DNA of 64,000 nt, from positions 10,755-74,754 of the forward strand of contig CAVVAY010000013.1 of NCBI GenBank assembly GCA_963746465.1, read 5' to 3'. How positions within the stretch are numbered: the first letter of the stretch is position 1; each line of letters begins with the position of its first letter. A program made the translations under genes and the position numbers. The DNA is from an uncultured Actinomycetota bacterium. Its GTDB lineage: Bacteria > Actinomycetota > Actinomycetes > JACCUZ01. The notes beneath the pieces were generated by a model. That model made no database searches. It was not told the origin of the DNA and was given only the letters and a program-made list of their open reading frames with translations. Shown piece after piece: positions 20,817-30,646 of the stretch.

Positions 20817-20900
20817 GCGGGCGCCGTCAAGGGCTGACCAGAACTTCTCGCCGACTCGCCCGAGACCGTGACCGCACCGTGACCTGGATGCGGTGCCGGA

Positions 20901-21896
20901 TCAGAGGCGGCGCGGGGGTGCGGTGCTCGCGCGCACGAGCAGCTCGGGCTCGATCGGCGACCGCGGCGCCGGCTGCTCGCCCGCGATCCGGGCGATCAGC
21001 GTCTCGATGCAGCGTCGGCCGACCTCGGCGAAGTCCTGCCGCAGCGTGGTCAGCGGGGGCAGGAAGTAGGCCGACTCCGGGATGTCGTCGAAGCCGACGA
21101 CGCTGACGTCGCCGGGCACCGACAGGCCGGCCTCGCACAGGGCGCGGGCCAGGCCGAGTGCCATCTGGTCGTTGCCGACGAACACCGCCGTCACCTCGCC
21201 CCGGGACACCGGACCGACCAGCTCGCGCCCCGCGGCGAAGCCGGACCGGGCCGACCAGTCGCCCAGCATCTCGGGCCGGACCTCCCGGCCGGCGGCGGTG
21301 AGCGCGGCCCGCCAGCCGCTGATCCGCGCCTCGGCCTCCAGCCAGCCGATCGGGCCGGCGACGTGCACGACCGTCTCGTGCCCGAGGTCCAGCAAGTGCC
21401 GCGTCGCGGCGATGCCGCCGCCCCGCTGGTCGACGACCACGCCGGACTCGGCGTACAGGTCGGTGGCCTCCACCTCGACGAGCGGGACAGCGGTGGACAC
21501 CCCGCGCAGGGCCTCGACGGCCGCCCGCAGCGGGGCGATGGCGACCAGGCCGTCGACGCCGGCCGCCATCAGGTGGTCGATCGCCTCGACCATGTGCTGG
21601 CGGTCGACCTGGCGCAGGCTGACGAAGTTGAGGAAGTAGCCCGCCGCGCGGGCAGCGCCCTCGATCGCGAACAGCGTGCTGGACGGGCCGAAGTTGGTGG
21701 TGTCGACGCTGACCACCCCGAGGGTCCTGGTGGAGCGGGTCACCAGCGCCCGGGCGGCGGTGTTGCGCCGGTAGCCGAGCTGGGCGATCGCGGTCTCGAC
21801 CCGGGCCCGGGTGTCCGGGGTCACGCTCGGGTGCGCGTTGACCACCCGGGAGACGGTCTGGTGGGAGACCCCGGCGAGCCGCGCGACGTCGGCCAT
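20901..21896 (-). CDS. LacI-family transcriptional regulator, probable arabinose repressor AraR
   Basis: N-terminal HTH (MADVARLAGVSHQTVSRVVN) plus periplasmic-binding-like sugar domain. Lies immediately upstream of araBDA with operator sites on both flanks. Confidence 0.8.
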   Translation of the reverse strand: MADVARLAGVSHQTVSRVVNAHPSVTPDTRARVETAIAQLGYRRNTAARALVTRSTRTLGVVSVDTTNFGPSSTLFAIEGAARAAGYFLNFVSLRQVDRQHMVEAIDHLMAAGVDGLVAIAPLRAAVEALRGVSTAVPLVEVEATDLYAESGVVVDQRGGGIAATRHLLDLGHETVVHVAGPIGWLEAEARISGWRAALTAAGREVRPEMLGDWSARSGFAAGRELVGPVSRGEVTAVFVGNDQMALGLARALCEAGLSVPGDVSVVGFDDIPESAYFLPPLTTLRQDFAEVGRRCIETLIARIAGEQPAPRSPIEPELLVRASTAPPRRL

Positions 21897-21959
21897 CACC
21901 GGCGCCCGCAACCGGTCCTGGGAGTCGCTGGTCGCCATGCTGACTTGGGGCTCCGCTCT

Positions 21960-21973
21960 TGTGAACGCTCACA
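21960..21973. promoter_or_regulatory. AraR-type operator O3 (TGTGAACGCTCACA) in the araR / paiB divergent region
   Basis: Exact reverse complement of O1. Sits about 65 bp upstream of the regulator start, suggesting autoregulation. Confidence 0.5.
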
Positions 21974-22045
21974 TCCGGTCGCCGCATGCTAGCGCCTCTG
22001 CCCGACCAGGTGTCCAGACCCGCCCGCTGACCTACCCTTCCGGAG

Positions 22046-22681
22046 GTGTACATCCCGAAGCACTTCGCGGCCCCGGACGACGACGCGGTGCGCGACCTGC
22101 TGCAGAACCACGGCGCGGCCGACCTGGTGACCTCGACCTCCCGCGGGCTGCTCGCGACCCTGCTGCCGTTCGTCTACGAGCCGGACGACGACGGCCCGGG
22201 TCGGCTGCTCGGGCACGTCGCGCGCAACAACGAGCAGTGGAGCGAGCCGGCCGTCGGGGAGGCGCTGGTCATCGTCCGCGGCCCGGACGCCTACGTGTCC
22301 CCCTCCTGGTACGCCACCAAGAGCGAGCACGGCCGGGTGGTCCCGACCTGGAACTACGTGACCGCGCACGTCCACGGCCGGCTGGTCGTGCACGACGACG
22401 CGGCCTGGGTCGAGTCGCTGGTGCGCCGGCTCACCGAGAAGCACGAGTCGCACCAGCGGCAGCCGTGGTCGGTCGACGACGCACCGCCCGTCTTCGTCGC
22501 CGGTCAGCTCCGCGCCATCGTCGGCCTCGAGGTCGAGATCAGCCGGATCGACGCCAAGTGGAAGCTGAGCCAGAACAGGTCGGCGGCCGATGTCGAGGGA
22601 GTCGTCGACGGCCTGTCCGGCGACCAGCAGGCCGCGGCGCGGGCCGTCGCCGCGCTGATGCGCGACGGCTCGTCCGGCTAG
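22046..22681 (+). CDS. FMN-binding negative transcriptional regulator, PaiB family
   Basis: 211 aa. Typical PaiB N-terminus MYIPKHFA..D.. and WNYV..H motif. Confidence 0.7.
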   Translation: MYIPKHFAAPDDDAVRDLLQNHGAADLVTSTSRGLLATLLPFVYEPDDDGPGRLLGHVARNNEQWSEPAVGEALVIVRGPDAYVSPSWYATKSEHGRVVPTWNYVTAHVHGRLVVHDDAAWVESLVRRLTEKHESHQRQPWSVDDAPPVFVAGQLRAIVGLEVEISRIDAKWKLSQNRSAADVEGVVDGLSGDQQAAARAVAALMRDGSSG

Positions 22682-23607
22682 AGCGCCGGCAGGCGGCTGC
22701 GGCGCGGACGCAGCCGGCTGGTGGGCAGCGCCGGCGCCGCCAGCGAGGGCCCGTCGTACCCGGTCACCTCGCCGAACCGGGTGACAGCTCCCCCGACGGC
22801 GGCGGTCCACTCCTCGCGCGCCTCGACCACCTCGTCGTGGCTGCGCGCGACGAAGTTCCACCACATCAGCAGCTCCTCGTCGAACGGCTCGCCCCCGAGC
22901 AGCAGCAGCCGGCCACCGTCCGGGCCGGCACCCAGCAGCACCTGCTGCTGCCCGGGAGCCAGGTGCGCGAGCGACGCGCGGTCGAGCGGCTTGCCGTCGA
23001 CGGTGAGGTCGTCGGACAGGGCCATCACCCCGTGCTCGAACCCGAGCTCGAGCGGCAGCGCGCTGCGGGCACCTGGCTCGAGCAGCACCTCGGCGCCGAC
23101 GATCGGCGTGAAGACTCTGGCCGGTGAGTGGGCGCCGGCCACCGCGCCCAGCAGCACCGTGACGTCGAGCCCGTCGCCCTGGAAGCGGGGCAGGCTGCCG
23201 TGGTGCGCGAACGCCGGTGCGGTGTCGCGGTCGCGGGCCGGCAAGGCCACCCACAGCTGGATCCCGCGCAGCGTGCCGGTCGCACCGACCGGTGAGGTCT
23301 CGGCGTGGCTGATGCCGCGACCCGCGGTCATCAGGTTCAGCGCGCCGGGGCGGACGAGAGCATCGCTGCCGAGGCTGTCCTGGTGGTGCACCTCGCCGTC
23401 GAGCAGCCAGGTGACCGTCTGCAGGCCGGTGTGCGGGTGCGGCGGGACCTGCATGCCGGCGGTGCCGGTGATGACGTGCGGGCCGTAGTCGTCCAGGAAG
23501 CACCAGGCGCCGATGGTGCGCAGGTCGCGGTGCGGCAGGGTGCGACGCACCACCATCGCTCGCGGCCCGCCGAGCGGCACCTCGCGAGGCGCCAGCACCA
23601 TGCTCAC
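22678..23607 (-). CDS. Pirin family protein
   Basis: Bicupin with HPHxGxxxxT motif (PPHPHTGLQTVTWLLDG). Confidence 0.8.
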   Translation of the reverse strand: MSMVLAPREVPLGGPRAMVVRRTLPHRDLRTIGAWCFLDDYGPHVITGTAGMQVPPHPHTGLQTVTWLLDGEVHHQDSLGSDALVRPGALNLMTAGRGISHAETSPVGATGTLRGIQLWVALPARDRDTAPAFAHHGSLPRFQGDGLDVTVLLGAVAGAHSPARVFTPIVGAEVLLEPGARSALPLELGFEHGVMALSDDLTVDGKPLDRASLAHLAPGQQQVLLGAGPDGGRLLLLGGEPFDEELLMWWNFVARSHDEVVEAREEWTAAVGGAVTRFGEVTGYDGPSLAAPALPTSRLRPRRSRLPAL

Positions 23608-23626
23608 CCCACCGAGCGTACGACGG

Positions 23627-24424
23627 TCAGGGGTACCGGCCCACGAGGTCGACCGACCGGTGCGACGCCCGGGACGTCGGCACGACCCGCAGGTCGAGGG
23701 CAGCAGCCGCGTCGGCGATCGCTGCCATCGGGTCGGTGTGCCGCCGTCGGCCGGTGAGCAGGTGCCGTGCCACGAGCCCCTTGACGTGCTTCGCGTGGTA
23801 GCTGACGGCTGCCGTCGTACGCCGGGACCCGGAGCCGCGCTCGGCCAGCACCCGCACCGCCACGACCTGGTCGCGCAGCTGCGGGCCGGGCCGCCACATC
23901 GCGCGGTAGTCGGTGGACCGGAGGTCCAGCACCGGCTGGTCGCCCACCAGGACGGGGACTGCTACGGCAAGGGCCGGCCGCCAGTGCGCGCTGACACCAC
24001 CGAGCCCGGGCACGGTGCCGGACGCGGGCACCCGGTAGTCCGGCACCGGGTCGCCGCCCCGCACGAGTCCCCACAGCCCGCTCGTGACGAGCACGTCGGT
24101 CTCGGCGCGGAGCCGGGCCGACCGGGTCAACGACGCCGGGTCGAGCGACTGGTACACGACGCCGCGGTAGCGGTCCAGAGCCTTCACCGTCGGCGCGGTG
24201 GCGGCCCGCACGTCCGCCGCGATCGCCGCGGCGGCCACCGAGGCCGGCAGCTTGAGACCCGCCGACAGGCCCGCCGGGTCGGCCCGGGCGGCGGACCGCA
24301 GCGCGGCGAGCAGGACGGCCCTCGGGGCGGCCAGCTCCGGGATGCCCATGGCCGGCCGCCGGCCGACCGGTGACCCGTCCCCACCGGCTGCCTTCGCCTC
24401 CGACGGCGGCAGCAGGACGAGCAC
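23627..24424 (-). CDS. Peroxide stress protein YaaA (UPF0246/DUF328)
   Basis: VLVLLPPSEAK N-terminal signature (E. coli YaaA MLILISPAK-like). Start placed at that GTG; the upstream in-frame extension is R/P-rich. Confidence 0.65.
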   Translation of the reverse strand: MLVLLPPSEAKAAGGDGSPVGRRPAMGIPELAAPRAVLLAALRSAARADPAGLSAGLKLPASVAAAAIAADVRAATAPTVKALDRYRGVVYQSLDPASLTRSARLRAETDVLVTSGLWGLVRGGDPVPDYRVPASGTVPGLGGVSAHWRPALAVAVPVLVGDQPVLDLRSTDYRAMWRPGPQLRDQVVAVRVLAERGSGSRRTTAAVSYHAKHVKGLVARHLLTGRRRHTDPMAAIADAAAALDLRVVPTSRASHRSVDLVGRYP

Positions 24425-24525
24425 GGCGCGGGACGCTACCCGGTGCGAACCGCGCGGCCCGCACCGGCTGCCGGAAAGTCCTGCCGTACGCCTGAGCCGC
24501 CACCTAGGCTTCCCGGGACGAAAGG

Positions 24526-27500
24526 GTGGGCGTGACGGTGGGATCACAACAGGCACGGGTGCCCGGCACCCGGGACGCCGTCGATGTGGTCACCGAGGCC
24601 GGCCTGCGGGTCGGGGTGCTCGGGCAGCTGGTCGCGACCCGGGACGGCACCTCGCTGGAGCTCGGCGGCCCGCGCCAGCGCGCGGTCCTGGCGCTGCTGG
24701 TGCTGGCCCGCGGCGACGTCGTCCCGGCCGACCGCCTGGTCGACGCTCTCTGGGGCGACGCCACCCCGCCGAGTGCCACCAGTGCACTGCAGGCCTACGT
24801 CTCGCACCTGCGCAAGCGGATGGAACCCGACCGCGGCCCCCGCGACCGGGACAGCGTGATCGCCCGGCAGGGCCCTGGCTACGCGCTTCGGGTCGAGGAC
24901 GACTCGGTAGACGCGTGGCGCTTCGAGCGCCTGCTGCGACAGGCCGGCGGCTCCGACCCGGCCACCGCGCAGCGACTGCTCGAGGCGGCGCTGCAGCTGT
25001 GGCGCGGCCCGGCGTACGCCGACCACGCCGGGCAGACCTGGGTCGACGGCGAGGTCGCCCGCCTGGCGGGGCTGCGTGAGGTCGCCCGCGAGCAGCTGCT
25101 CGAGGCGCGGCTGGGTCAGGGCGAGTCGGCCGTGCTGGTGCCGGAGATCGAGGGGCTCGTCGCCGAGGACCCGATGCGTGAGGAGCGCTGGCGGCTGCTG
25201 GTGCTCGCGCTGTACCGAGCCCACCGGCAGGCGGACGCCCTGGCCGCGTTGCGCCGGGCGCGCTCGACGCTGGCCGACGAGCTGGGTGTGGACCCGGGGC
25301 CGGCCTTGCGTGCCCTGGAGGGCGAGGTGCTCGCGCAGTCGCCGTCGTTGGACGCTCCGGCCCGGGTGGTGGCCGAGCGCGAGCCCGCGCCCTCGGTCCC
25401 CGGACCGCGGGCCGGTCGCGGCGAGCTCCGGGCTACCCCGGCCGCGGTGATGGTGGGCCGCGACCCCGAGGTGCGGGTGCTGCGCGGCGCGCTGGCCGAC
25501 GCCGTCGACGGGCAGGGACGGCTGGCACTGATCCGCGGCCCGGCCGGCATCGGCAAGAGCCGGCTGCTCCAGGAGGTACGGCGGCACGCCGAGGCGGAAG
25601 GAGCGCTCGTGCTGACCGCCCGGGGCAGCCAGCTGGAACGGGCGTTCGCGTTCGGGGCGGTCCGCCAGCTGTTCGAGGGCACCCTCAGCGACCCGGCGCG
25701 GCGCGTCGAGCTGCTGCGCGGGTCCGCCTCCTCGGCGTCCTCGGTCTTCGGCGAGATCCCCTCCGCCGACCCCGCGGAGCGCGCCGACGGGTCGTTCGCG
25801 GTGCTGCACGGCCTGTACTGGCTGACCGTGAACCTGGCCGAGCAGCAGCCCGTGGTGCTGGCCGTCGACGACGTGCAGTGGTGCGACACCGGCTCGCTGC
25901 GGGCGCTGGCCTTCCTCTTGCGCCGGCTCGAAGGACTGCCGGTCCTCATCGCCGCGACCCTGCGCACCGGCGAGGTGCACGAGGACGAGCCGTTGCTCGC
26001 CGAGCTGGCCGAGGACCACGCGACGGTGCAGGTGCACCCCGGGCCGCTGGCGCCGGAGGCGACCGCGGAGCTCGTGCGCGAGCGGCTCGGCGCGGAGGCA
26101 CAGGAGCCCTTCGTCGCCGCCTGCCACCGCACGACCGGCGGCAACCCGCTGCTCCTGCGCCAGCTGCTGCGCGCCCTGCAGGTGGAAGGCGTGCGGCCCG
26201 ACGCGTCGCACGCCGACACGGTGAACGCGATCGGTTCACGAGCCGTGTCGAGCATGGTCCTGATGCGCCTCGCCCGGCTGCCGGCCGACTGCACGGCGGT
26301 GGGCCGCGCGGTGTCCGTCCTCGGCGACGGCTGCCTCCTCACCGACGTCGCCGCCCTCAGCGGGCTGGACGAGTCAGCCACCGCGGCCGCGCTGGCCGCA
26401 CTCTCCCGCGCCGAGGTGCTGCGGTCGGACGACCAGCTGGGTTTCGTGCACCCCCTGGTCCGGGACGCGGTCTACCAGGCGCTGTCGTCCGCCGAGCGCG
26501 AGCTGCACCACGAACGGGCCGCCGCCCTGCTGCTCGCGCGCGCAGCGACTCCGGAGCAGGTCGCCGCGCACCTGCTGCTCGCCCCGCGGCGCGGCAGCAA
26601 CGATGCCGTGCGGGTGCTGCGGCTCGCGGCGACGACAGCCGCCGAGCGAGGCGCCGCGGACGCCGCCTCGACCTACCTCGAGCGGGCACTCGCCGAGCCA
26701 CCCGAGGCCGCCGAGCGCCCGGACATCCTCTTCGAGCTGGGTCACCTCGGGACGATGACCGACGGTCCGGCCGCCCTCGCCCACCTGCGCGAGGCCTACG
26801 AGACCGTTCCCGACGTCGCCGTCCGAGCCGAGGTCGCCACCATGCTGGCCCGCACGCTGGTCTTCGCCGGCGGGCCCGGGGAGGCCACCCGGTTCGCCCG
26901 GGAGGCCGCGGCCGCACTGCCCGACGAGCTGGACGACGCCCGGCAGGGGCTGCACGGGCTGGAGCGGATCGGCGGCTACATGCACGGCCTCCCGGAGTCC
27001 GAGTGGGGACGCGGCCGGCTGGAGGTCCGCGGCGACGGCGTGGGCGCCCGGATGCTCGCCGCGACGCTGGCCTGGGAGGAGCTGATCAGCAACGGCGACC
27101 GGCTGCGCTGCATCGAGCTCGCGCGGTTCGCCCTCGCCGGCGGGCATCTGCAGCGCGTCGACACCGGCCTGCTCTGGGTGGTCTCGGCGTTCGTCCAGGA
27201 GATGAGCGAGGTCGACATGGGCGACTTCTGGGACCGCACCCTGGCCGACGCGTTCGCCCGGGGCTCGTTGTTCTCCGCGCTGTCGGTGCATCTCTGGCGC
27301 GGGCACATGCTCTGGCACCGCGGCCAGCTGCGTGAGGCGCTGCGGTCGGTGCAGACGTCGAACGAGCAGAGCGAGCAGTGGGGGGCCCCGGATGTCGGTG
27401 TCCCCTACGGCCAGGCGTTCAGCATCGGCATCCTGCTCGAGCAGGGCGAGATCGCGGAGGCGCGCCGGTACGTCGACGGGGTGCTGCACCAGTCCCGGAT

Positions 27501-28215
27501 CGGTGACGGGGCCCGGCTGTTCGACGAGAACCACGCCCGGCTGATGGCCGCCGAGGGCCGCCATGCCGAGGCGCTGGCCGCCCTGGAGGCGGCGACGACG
27601 ATGCAGACCAGCGTGATCAACCCGGTGTGGCGGCCGTGGCGTTCCTACCGGGCGCCGGTGCTGGCCGCGCTCGGCCGGGTCGAGGAGGCCCGGGCACTGA
27701 TGGCCGAGGAGGTGAGGCTGGCCCGGCACTGGGGGGCGCCGTCGGTGCTCGGCCGCACGCTGCGCGGCGCCGGCGAGCTCGCCGCGGACGACGACGCCGA
27801 GCCGGTGCTGCGCGAGGCCTACCAGCTGCTCCGGCCCTCGGTAGCCCGCTACGAGCGGGCCTGCGCCGAGCTGGCGCTGGCCCGAGTGACCGGTGACCCG
27901 GCCGAGCGGACCGCGCTGCTCGGCAGCGCTCTCGCCCTGGCCGCCGAGTGCGGCTCACCGGGGCTGTACCGGCAGGTCGGCCACGAGCTGGCCTCCGACG
28001 GGGCGGAGGAACCCGCGCCGTTCGACGAGGTGGTGTCGCTGACCGCCACCGAGCGGCGGGTCGCCCAGCTCGCCGCGGCCGGCGCGGCACCCAGCGCGGT
28101 CGCCCAGGAGCTGTTCCTCACCCCCGCGGTGGTCGAGCACACCCTCGCCGAGGTCCGCCAGCGGCTCGGTGTGCAGACCGACGCCGAGCTCGGCGCCGCA
28201 CTGGCCCCCGCCTGA
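24526..28215 (+). CDS. Large transcriptional regulator: N-terminal SARP (OmpR-wHTH + BTAD), NB-ARC/AAA ATPase, TPR-like repeats, C-terminal LuxR/GerE HTH
   Basis: 1229 aa. N-terminus: RQRAVLALLVLARGDVVPADRLVDALWGD...YVSHLRK (SARP). Walker A: LIRGPAGIGKSRLL. Last 60 aa: LTATERRVAQLAAAG...VVEHTLAEVRQRLGV (LuxR-type HTH). Confidence 0.8.
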   Translation: MGVTVGSQQARVPGTRDAVDVVTEAGLRVGVLGQLVATRDGTSLELGGPRQRAVLALLVLARGDVVPADRLVDALWGDATPPSATSALQAYVSHLRKRMEPDRGPRDRDSVIARQGPGYALRVEDDSVDAWRFERLLRQAGGSDPATAQRLLEAALQLWRGPAYADHAGQTWVDGEVARLAGLREVAREQLLEARLGQGESAVLVPEIEGLVAEDPMREERWRLLVLALYRAHRQADALAALRRARSTLADELGVDPGPALRALEGEVLAQSPSLDAPARVVAEREPAPSVPGPRAGRGELRATPAAVMVGRDPEVRVLRGALADAVDGQGRLALIRGPAGIGKSRLLQEVRRHAEAEGALVLTARGSQLERAFAFGAVRQLFEGTLSDPARRVELLRGSASSASSVFGEIPSADPAERADGSFAVLHGLYWLTVNLAEQQPVVLAVDDVQWCDTGSLRALAFLLRRLEGLPVLIAATLRTGEVHEDEPLLAELAEDHATVQVHPGPLAPEATAELVRERLGAEAQEPFVAACHRTTGGNPLLLRQLLRALQVEGVRPDASHADTVNAIGSRAVSSMVLMRLARLPADCTAVGRAVSVLGDGCLLTDVAALSGLDESATAAALAALSRAEVLRSDDQLGFVHPLVRDAVYQALSSAERELHHERAAALLLARAATPEQVAAHLLLAPRRGSNDAVRVLRLAATTAAERGAADAASTYLERALAEPPEAAERPDILFELGHLGTMTDGPAALAHLREAYETVPDVAVRAEVATMLARTLVFAGGPGEATRFAREAAAALPDELDDARQGLHGLERIGGYMHGLPESEWGRGRLEVRGDGVGARMLAATLAWEELISNGDRLRCIELARFALAGGHLQRVDTGLLWVVSAFVQEMSEVDMGDFWDRTLADAFARGSLFSALSVHLWRGHMLWHRGQLREALRSVQTSNEQSEQWGAPDVGVPYGQAFSIGILLEQGEIAEARRYVDGVLHQSRIGDGARLFDENHARLMAAEGRHAEALAALEAATTMQTSVINPVWRPWRSYRAPVLAALGRVEEARALMAEEVRLARHWGAPSVLGRTLRGAGELAADDDAEPVLREAYQLLRPSVARYERACAELALARVTGDPAERTALLGSALALAAECGSPGLYRQVGHELASDGAEEPAPFDEVVSLTATERRVAQLAAAGAAPSAVAQELFLTPAVVEHTLAEVRQRLGVQTDAELGAALAPA

Positions 28216-28317
28216 CCTGCGACGACGTACCCCTCAAGTGGGCTCCAAGGTCCCCACAAGTACCGGGCCGCACTCTGCTCCCGTCGAAGCAGCCCAGGTA
28301 CCGATCGAGGAGCCAGT

Positions 28318-29718
28318 GTGACCACCCAGCCCACCACGACCATCGAGGGTCTTCGCCAGCTCTGCGGCGGTGCCGTCCACCTGCCCGGGGACCCCGGCTA
28401 CGACGCCGCCCGGATGCCCTGGAACGTCACCGTCCAGCAGCACCCGGCCGCCGTGGCCTACCCGGCCGACGCCGACGAGGTCGTCGAGGTCGTCCGCGTC
28501 GCCGCGGCCGCCGGTCTGCGCGTCGCACCGCAGGGCACCGGCCACAACGCCGGCCCGCTGGGCGACCTCAGCGACGCCGTGCTCGTCCGCACCTCGGCCA
28601 TGCGTGAGGTGACGGTCGACCCCACCTCGCGCACCGCCCGGGTGGGTGCCGGTGCGCTGTGGATCGACGTCGTCGAGGCCGTCGCGCCCTACGGCCTCGC
28701 CGCGCTGCACGGCTCCTCCCCCGACGTCGGCGTGGTCGGCTACACGCTCGGCGGCGGCATGGGCTGGTACGCCCGCCAGCACGGCCTCGCCACCAACCAC
28801 GTCACCGCGTTCGAGATCGTCACGGCTGACGGCCGGCTGGTCCGGGCCGACGCCGAGAACGAGTCCGAGCTCTTCTGGGCGGTCCGCGGCGGCGGAGGCA
28901 ACTTCGGCGTCGTCACCGCGCTGGAGTTCCGGTTGTTCCCGATCGAGACGGCGTACGCCGGGATGCTGGTCTGGGACCGCGCCGACGCCGAGAAGGTCCT
29001 GCGCACCTGGGCCCGCTGGGCGGCCGACGCGCCGGACGAGGTCACCACGTCGTTCCGGATCCTGCAGCTGCCGCCGTTCGAGGAGATCCCCGCACCGGTG
29101 CGCGGCCGCCAGCTCGCCATGATCAACGGCGCGGTCCTCGGCGACGACGCGGCCGCCGAGGCGATCCTCGTCCAGCTGCGCGCGCTCGAGCCCGAGATCG
29201 ACACCTTCGCCCGGGTTCCGGCCGCCTCGCTGGTGCGCCTGCACATGGACCCCGAGGGCCCGACGCCCGGCGTCAGCGCGACGACGGTGCTCGGTTCGCT
29301 GCCCGACGACGCCGTCGACGCGTTCCTCGCCACGGTGGGACACGGCACGCAGCAGAGCCTGCTGGCGGCCGAGCTGCGCCAGCTCGGCGGCGCGCTGGGC
29401 CGGCCGCACCCCGGAGCGGGGGCGCTGCCGCGGCTGGAGGGTCAGTTCGTGCTCTTCGGCGTGGCGATCGCCGCGACCCCGGAGATGGGTGCCGCGGGTC
29501 ACGCGGATGCCAACGCTCTGGTCACCGCGATGGCGCCGTGGGCCAACGGCCGGCAGTACCTCAACTTCCTCGAGGAGCCCGGCGACCCGCGGGCCGGCTA
29601 CGACGCCGAGTCCTTCGAGCGGTTGCGGTCGCTGCGGGCGTCGATCGACCCCGACGGCACGCTGATGGCCAACCACCACATCGCCGCCGACACCATCACG
29701 CTGCCGGCCCAGCGCTGA
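28318..29718 (+). CDS. FAD-linked oxidoreductase (PCMH/BBE-like)
   Basis: FAD_binding_4 motifs (VAPQGTGHN, GYTLGGGMGW) and a BBE-like C-terminus. Confidence 0.8.
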   Translation: MTTQPTTTIEGLRQLCGGAVHLPGDPGYDAARMPWNVTVQQHPAAVAYPADADEVVEVVRVAAAAGLRVAPQGTGHNAGPLGDLSDAVLVRTSAMREVTVDPTSRTARVGAGALWIDVVEAVAPYGLAALHGSSPDVGVVGYTLGGGMGWYARQHGLATNHVTAFEIVTADGRLVRADAENESELFWAVRGGGGNFGVVTALEFRLFPIETAYAGMLVWDRADAEKVLRTWARWAADAPDEVTTSFRILQLPPFEEIPAPVRGRQLAMINGAVLGDDAAAEAILVQLRALEPEIDTFARVPAASLVRLHMDPEGPTPGVSATTVLGSLPDDAVDAFLATVGHGTQQSLLAAELRQLGGALGRPHPGAGALPRLEGQFVLFGVAIAATPEMGAAGHADANALVTAMAPWANGRQYLNFLEEPGDPRAGYDAESFERLRSLRASIDPDGTLMANHHIAADTITLPAQR

Positions 29719-29758
29719 CCCTCGCCGTTGTCGGCTGCCGAGCCCTAGGTTTGGCGCC

Positions 29759-30640
29759 ATGTCAGGACTCGCGTTCATCGGTCTCGGTCGGATGGGCAGC
29801 GGCATGGCCGGTCGTCTGCTGGCGTCCGGTCACGAGCTGTCGGTCTTCAACCGGACGCCCGACGCGGGTGCGCCGCTGGTCGAGCGCGGCGCGCGGCTCG
29901 CGACGAGTCCGCGGGACGCAGCGGAGGGCGCGTCGGCGGTTTTCGTCATGGTCAGCGACGACGAGGCGTCCCGGTCGGTGTGGCACGGCGACGACGGAGT
30001 CCTCGCGGCCCAGCCCGCGCGCGGCGCCCTCGCGATCGAGTGCTCGACGTTGTCCCACGCCTGGGTGCTGGAGCTGTCCGCCGCTGTGCGCCATCGCGGG
30101 CTCCGCTACCTCGACTGCCCGGTGACCGGCCTGCCGGACGCCGCCGCGGCCGGCGAGCTGACCCTGCTGGTCGGGGCGGACCCGGCCGACCTCGCCGCCG
30201 CGATGCCGCTGCTGCAGCCGCTCTCCGCCGCCCAGCTGCACTTCGGACCGGTCGGAGCCGGGACGGTCTACAAGCTGATCATCAACCTGATGGGCGCGGT
30301 GCAGATCGCTGGCGCAGCCGAAGGGATGGCCCTCGCGGAACGGGCCGGGCTCGACCTCGACCAGGTCGCAAGGGCGATCGCCGCCGGGCAGGCGGCCAGT
30401 CCCCAGGTGGTGCGCAACAGTCGCCGGATGGCCGACGGCGACCACCGGCGCGACGTCGTGTTCTCCGGCCGGCTGCGCCGCAAGGACGCGGACTACGGTG
30501 TGCGGCTGGCCGACACGCTCGGGGTCGCGGCGCCGTTCGGCCGCGCCGCCCTGGACGGTCTCGACCGGCTGGTCGCCATCGGCCTCGGCGACACCAACGA
30601 GAGCAGCATCATCGAGGTCGCCCGCCGCGCATCGGCCTGA
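29759..30640 (+). CDS. NAD(P)-dependent oxidoreductase (3-hydroxyisobutyrate / tartronate semialdehyde reductase family)
   Basis: N-terminal LAFIGLGRMGSGMAGRL Rossmann motif. HIBADH-type catalytic region GTVYKLIINL. Confidence 0.8.
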   Translation: MSGLAFIGLGRMGSGMAGRLLASGHELSVFNRTPDAGAPLVERGARLATSPRDAAEGASAVFVMVSDDEASRSVWHGDDGVLAAQPARGALAIECSTLSHAWVLELSAAVRHRGLRYLDCPVTGLPDAAAAGELTLLVGADPADLAAAMPLLQPLSAAQLHFGPVGAGTVYKLIINLMGAVQIAGAAEGMALAERAGLDLDQVARAIAAGQAASPQVVRNSRRMADGDHRRDVVFSGRLRRKDADYGVRLADTLGVAAPFGRAALDGLDRLVAIGLGDTNESSIIEVARRASA

Positions 30641-30646
30641 CGGCGC

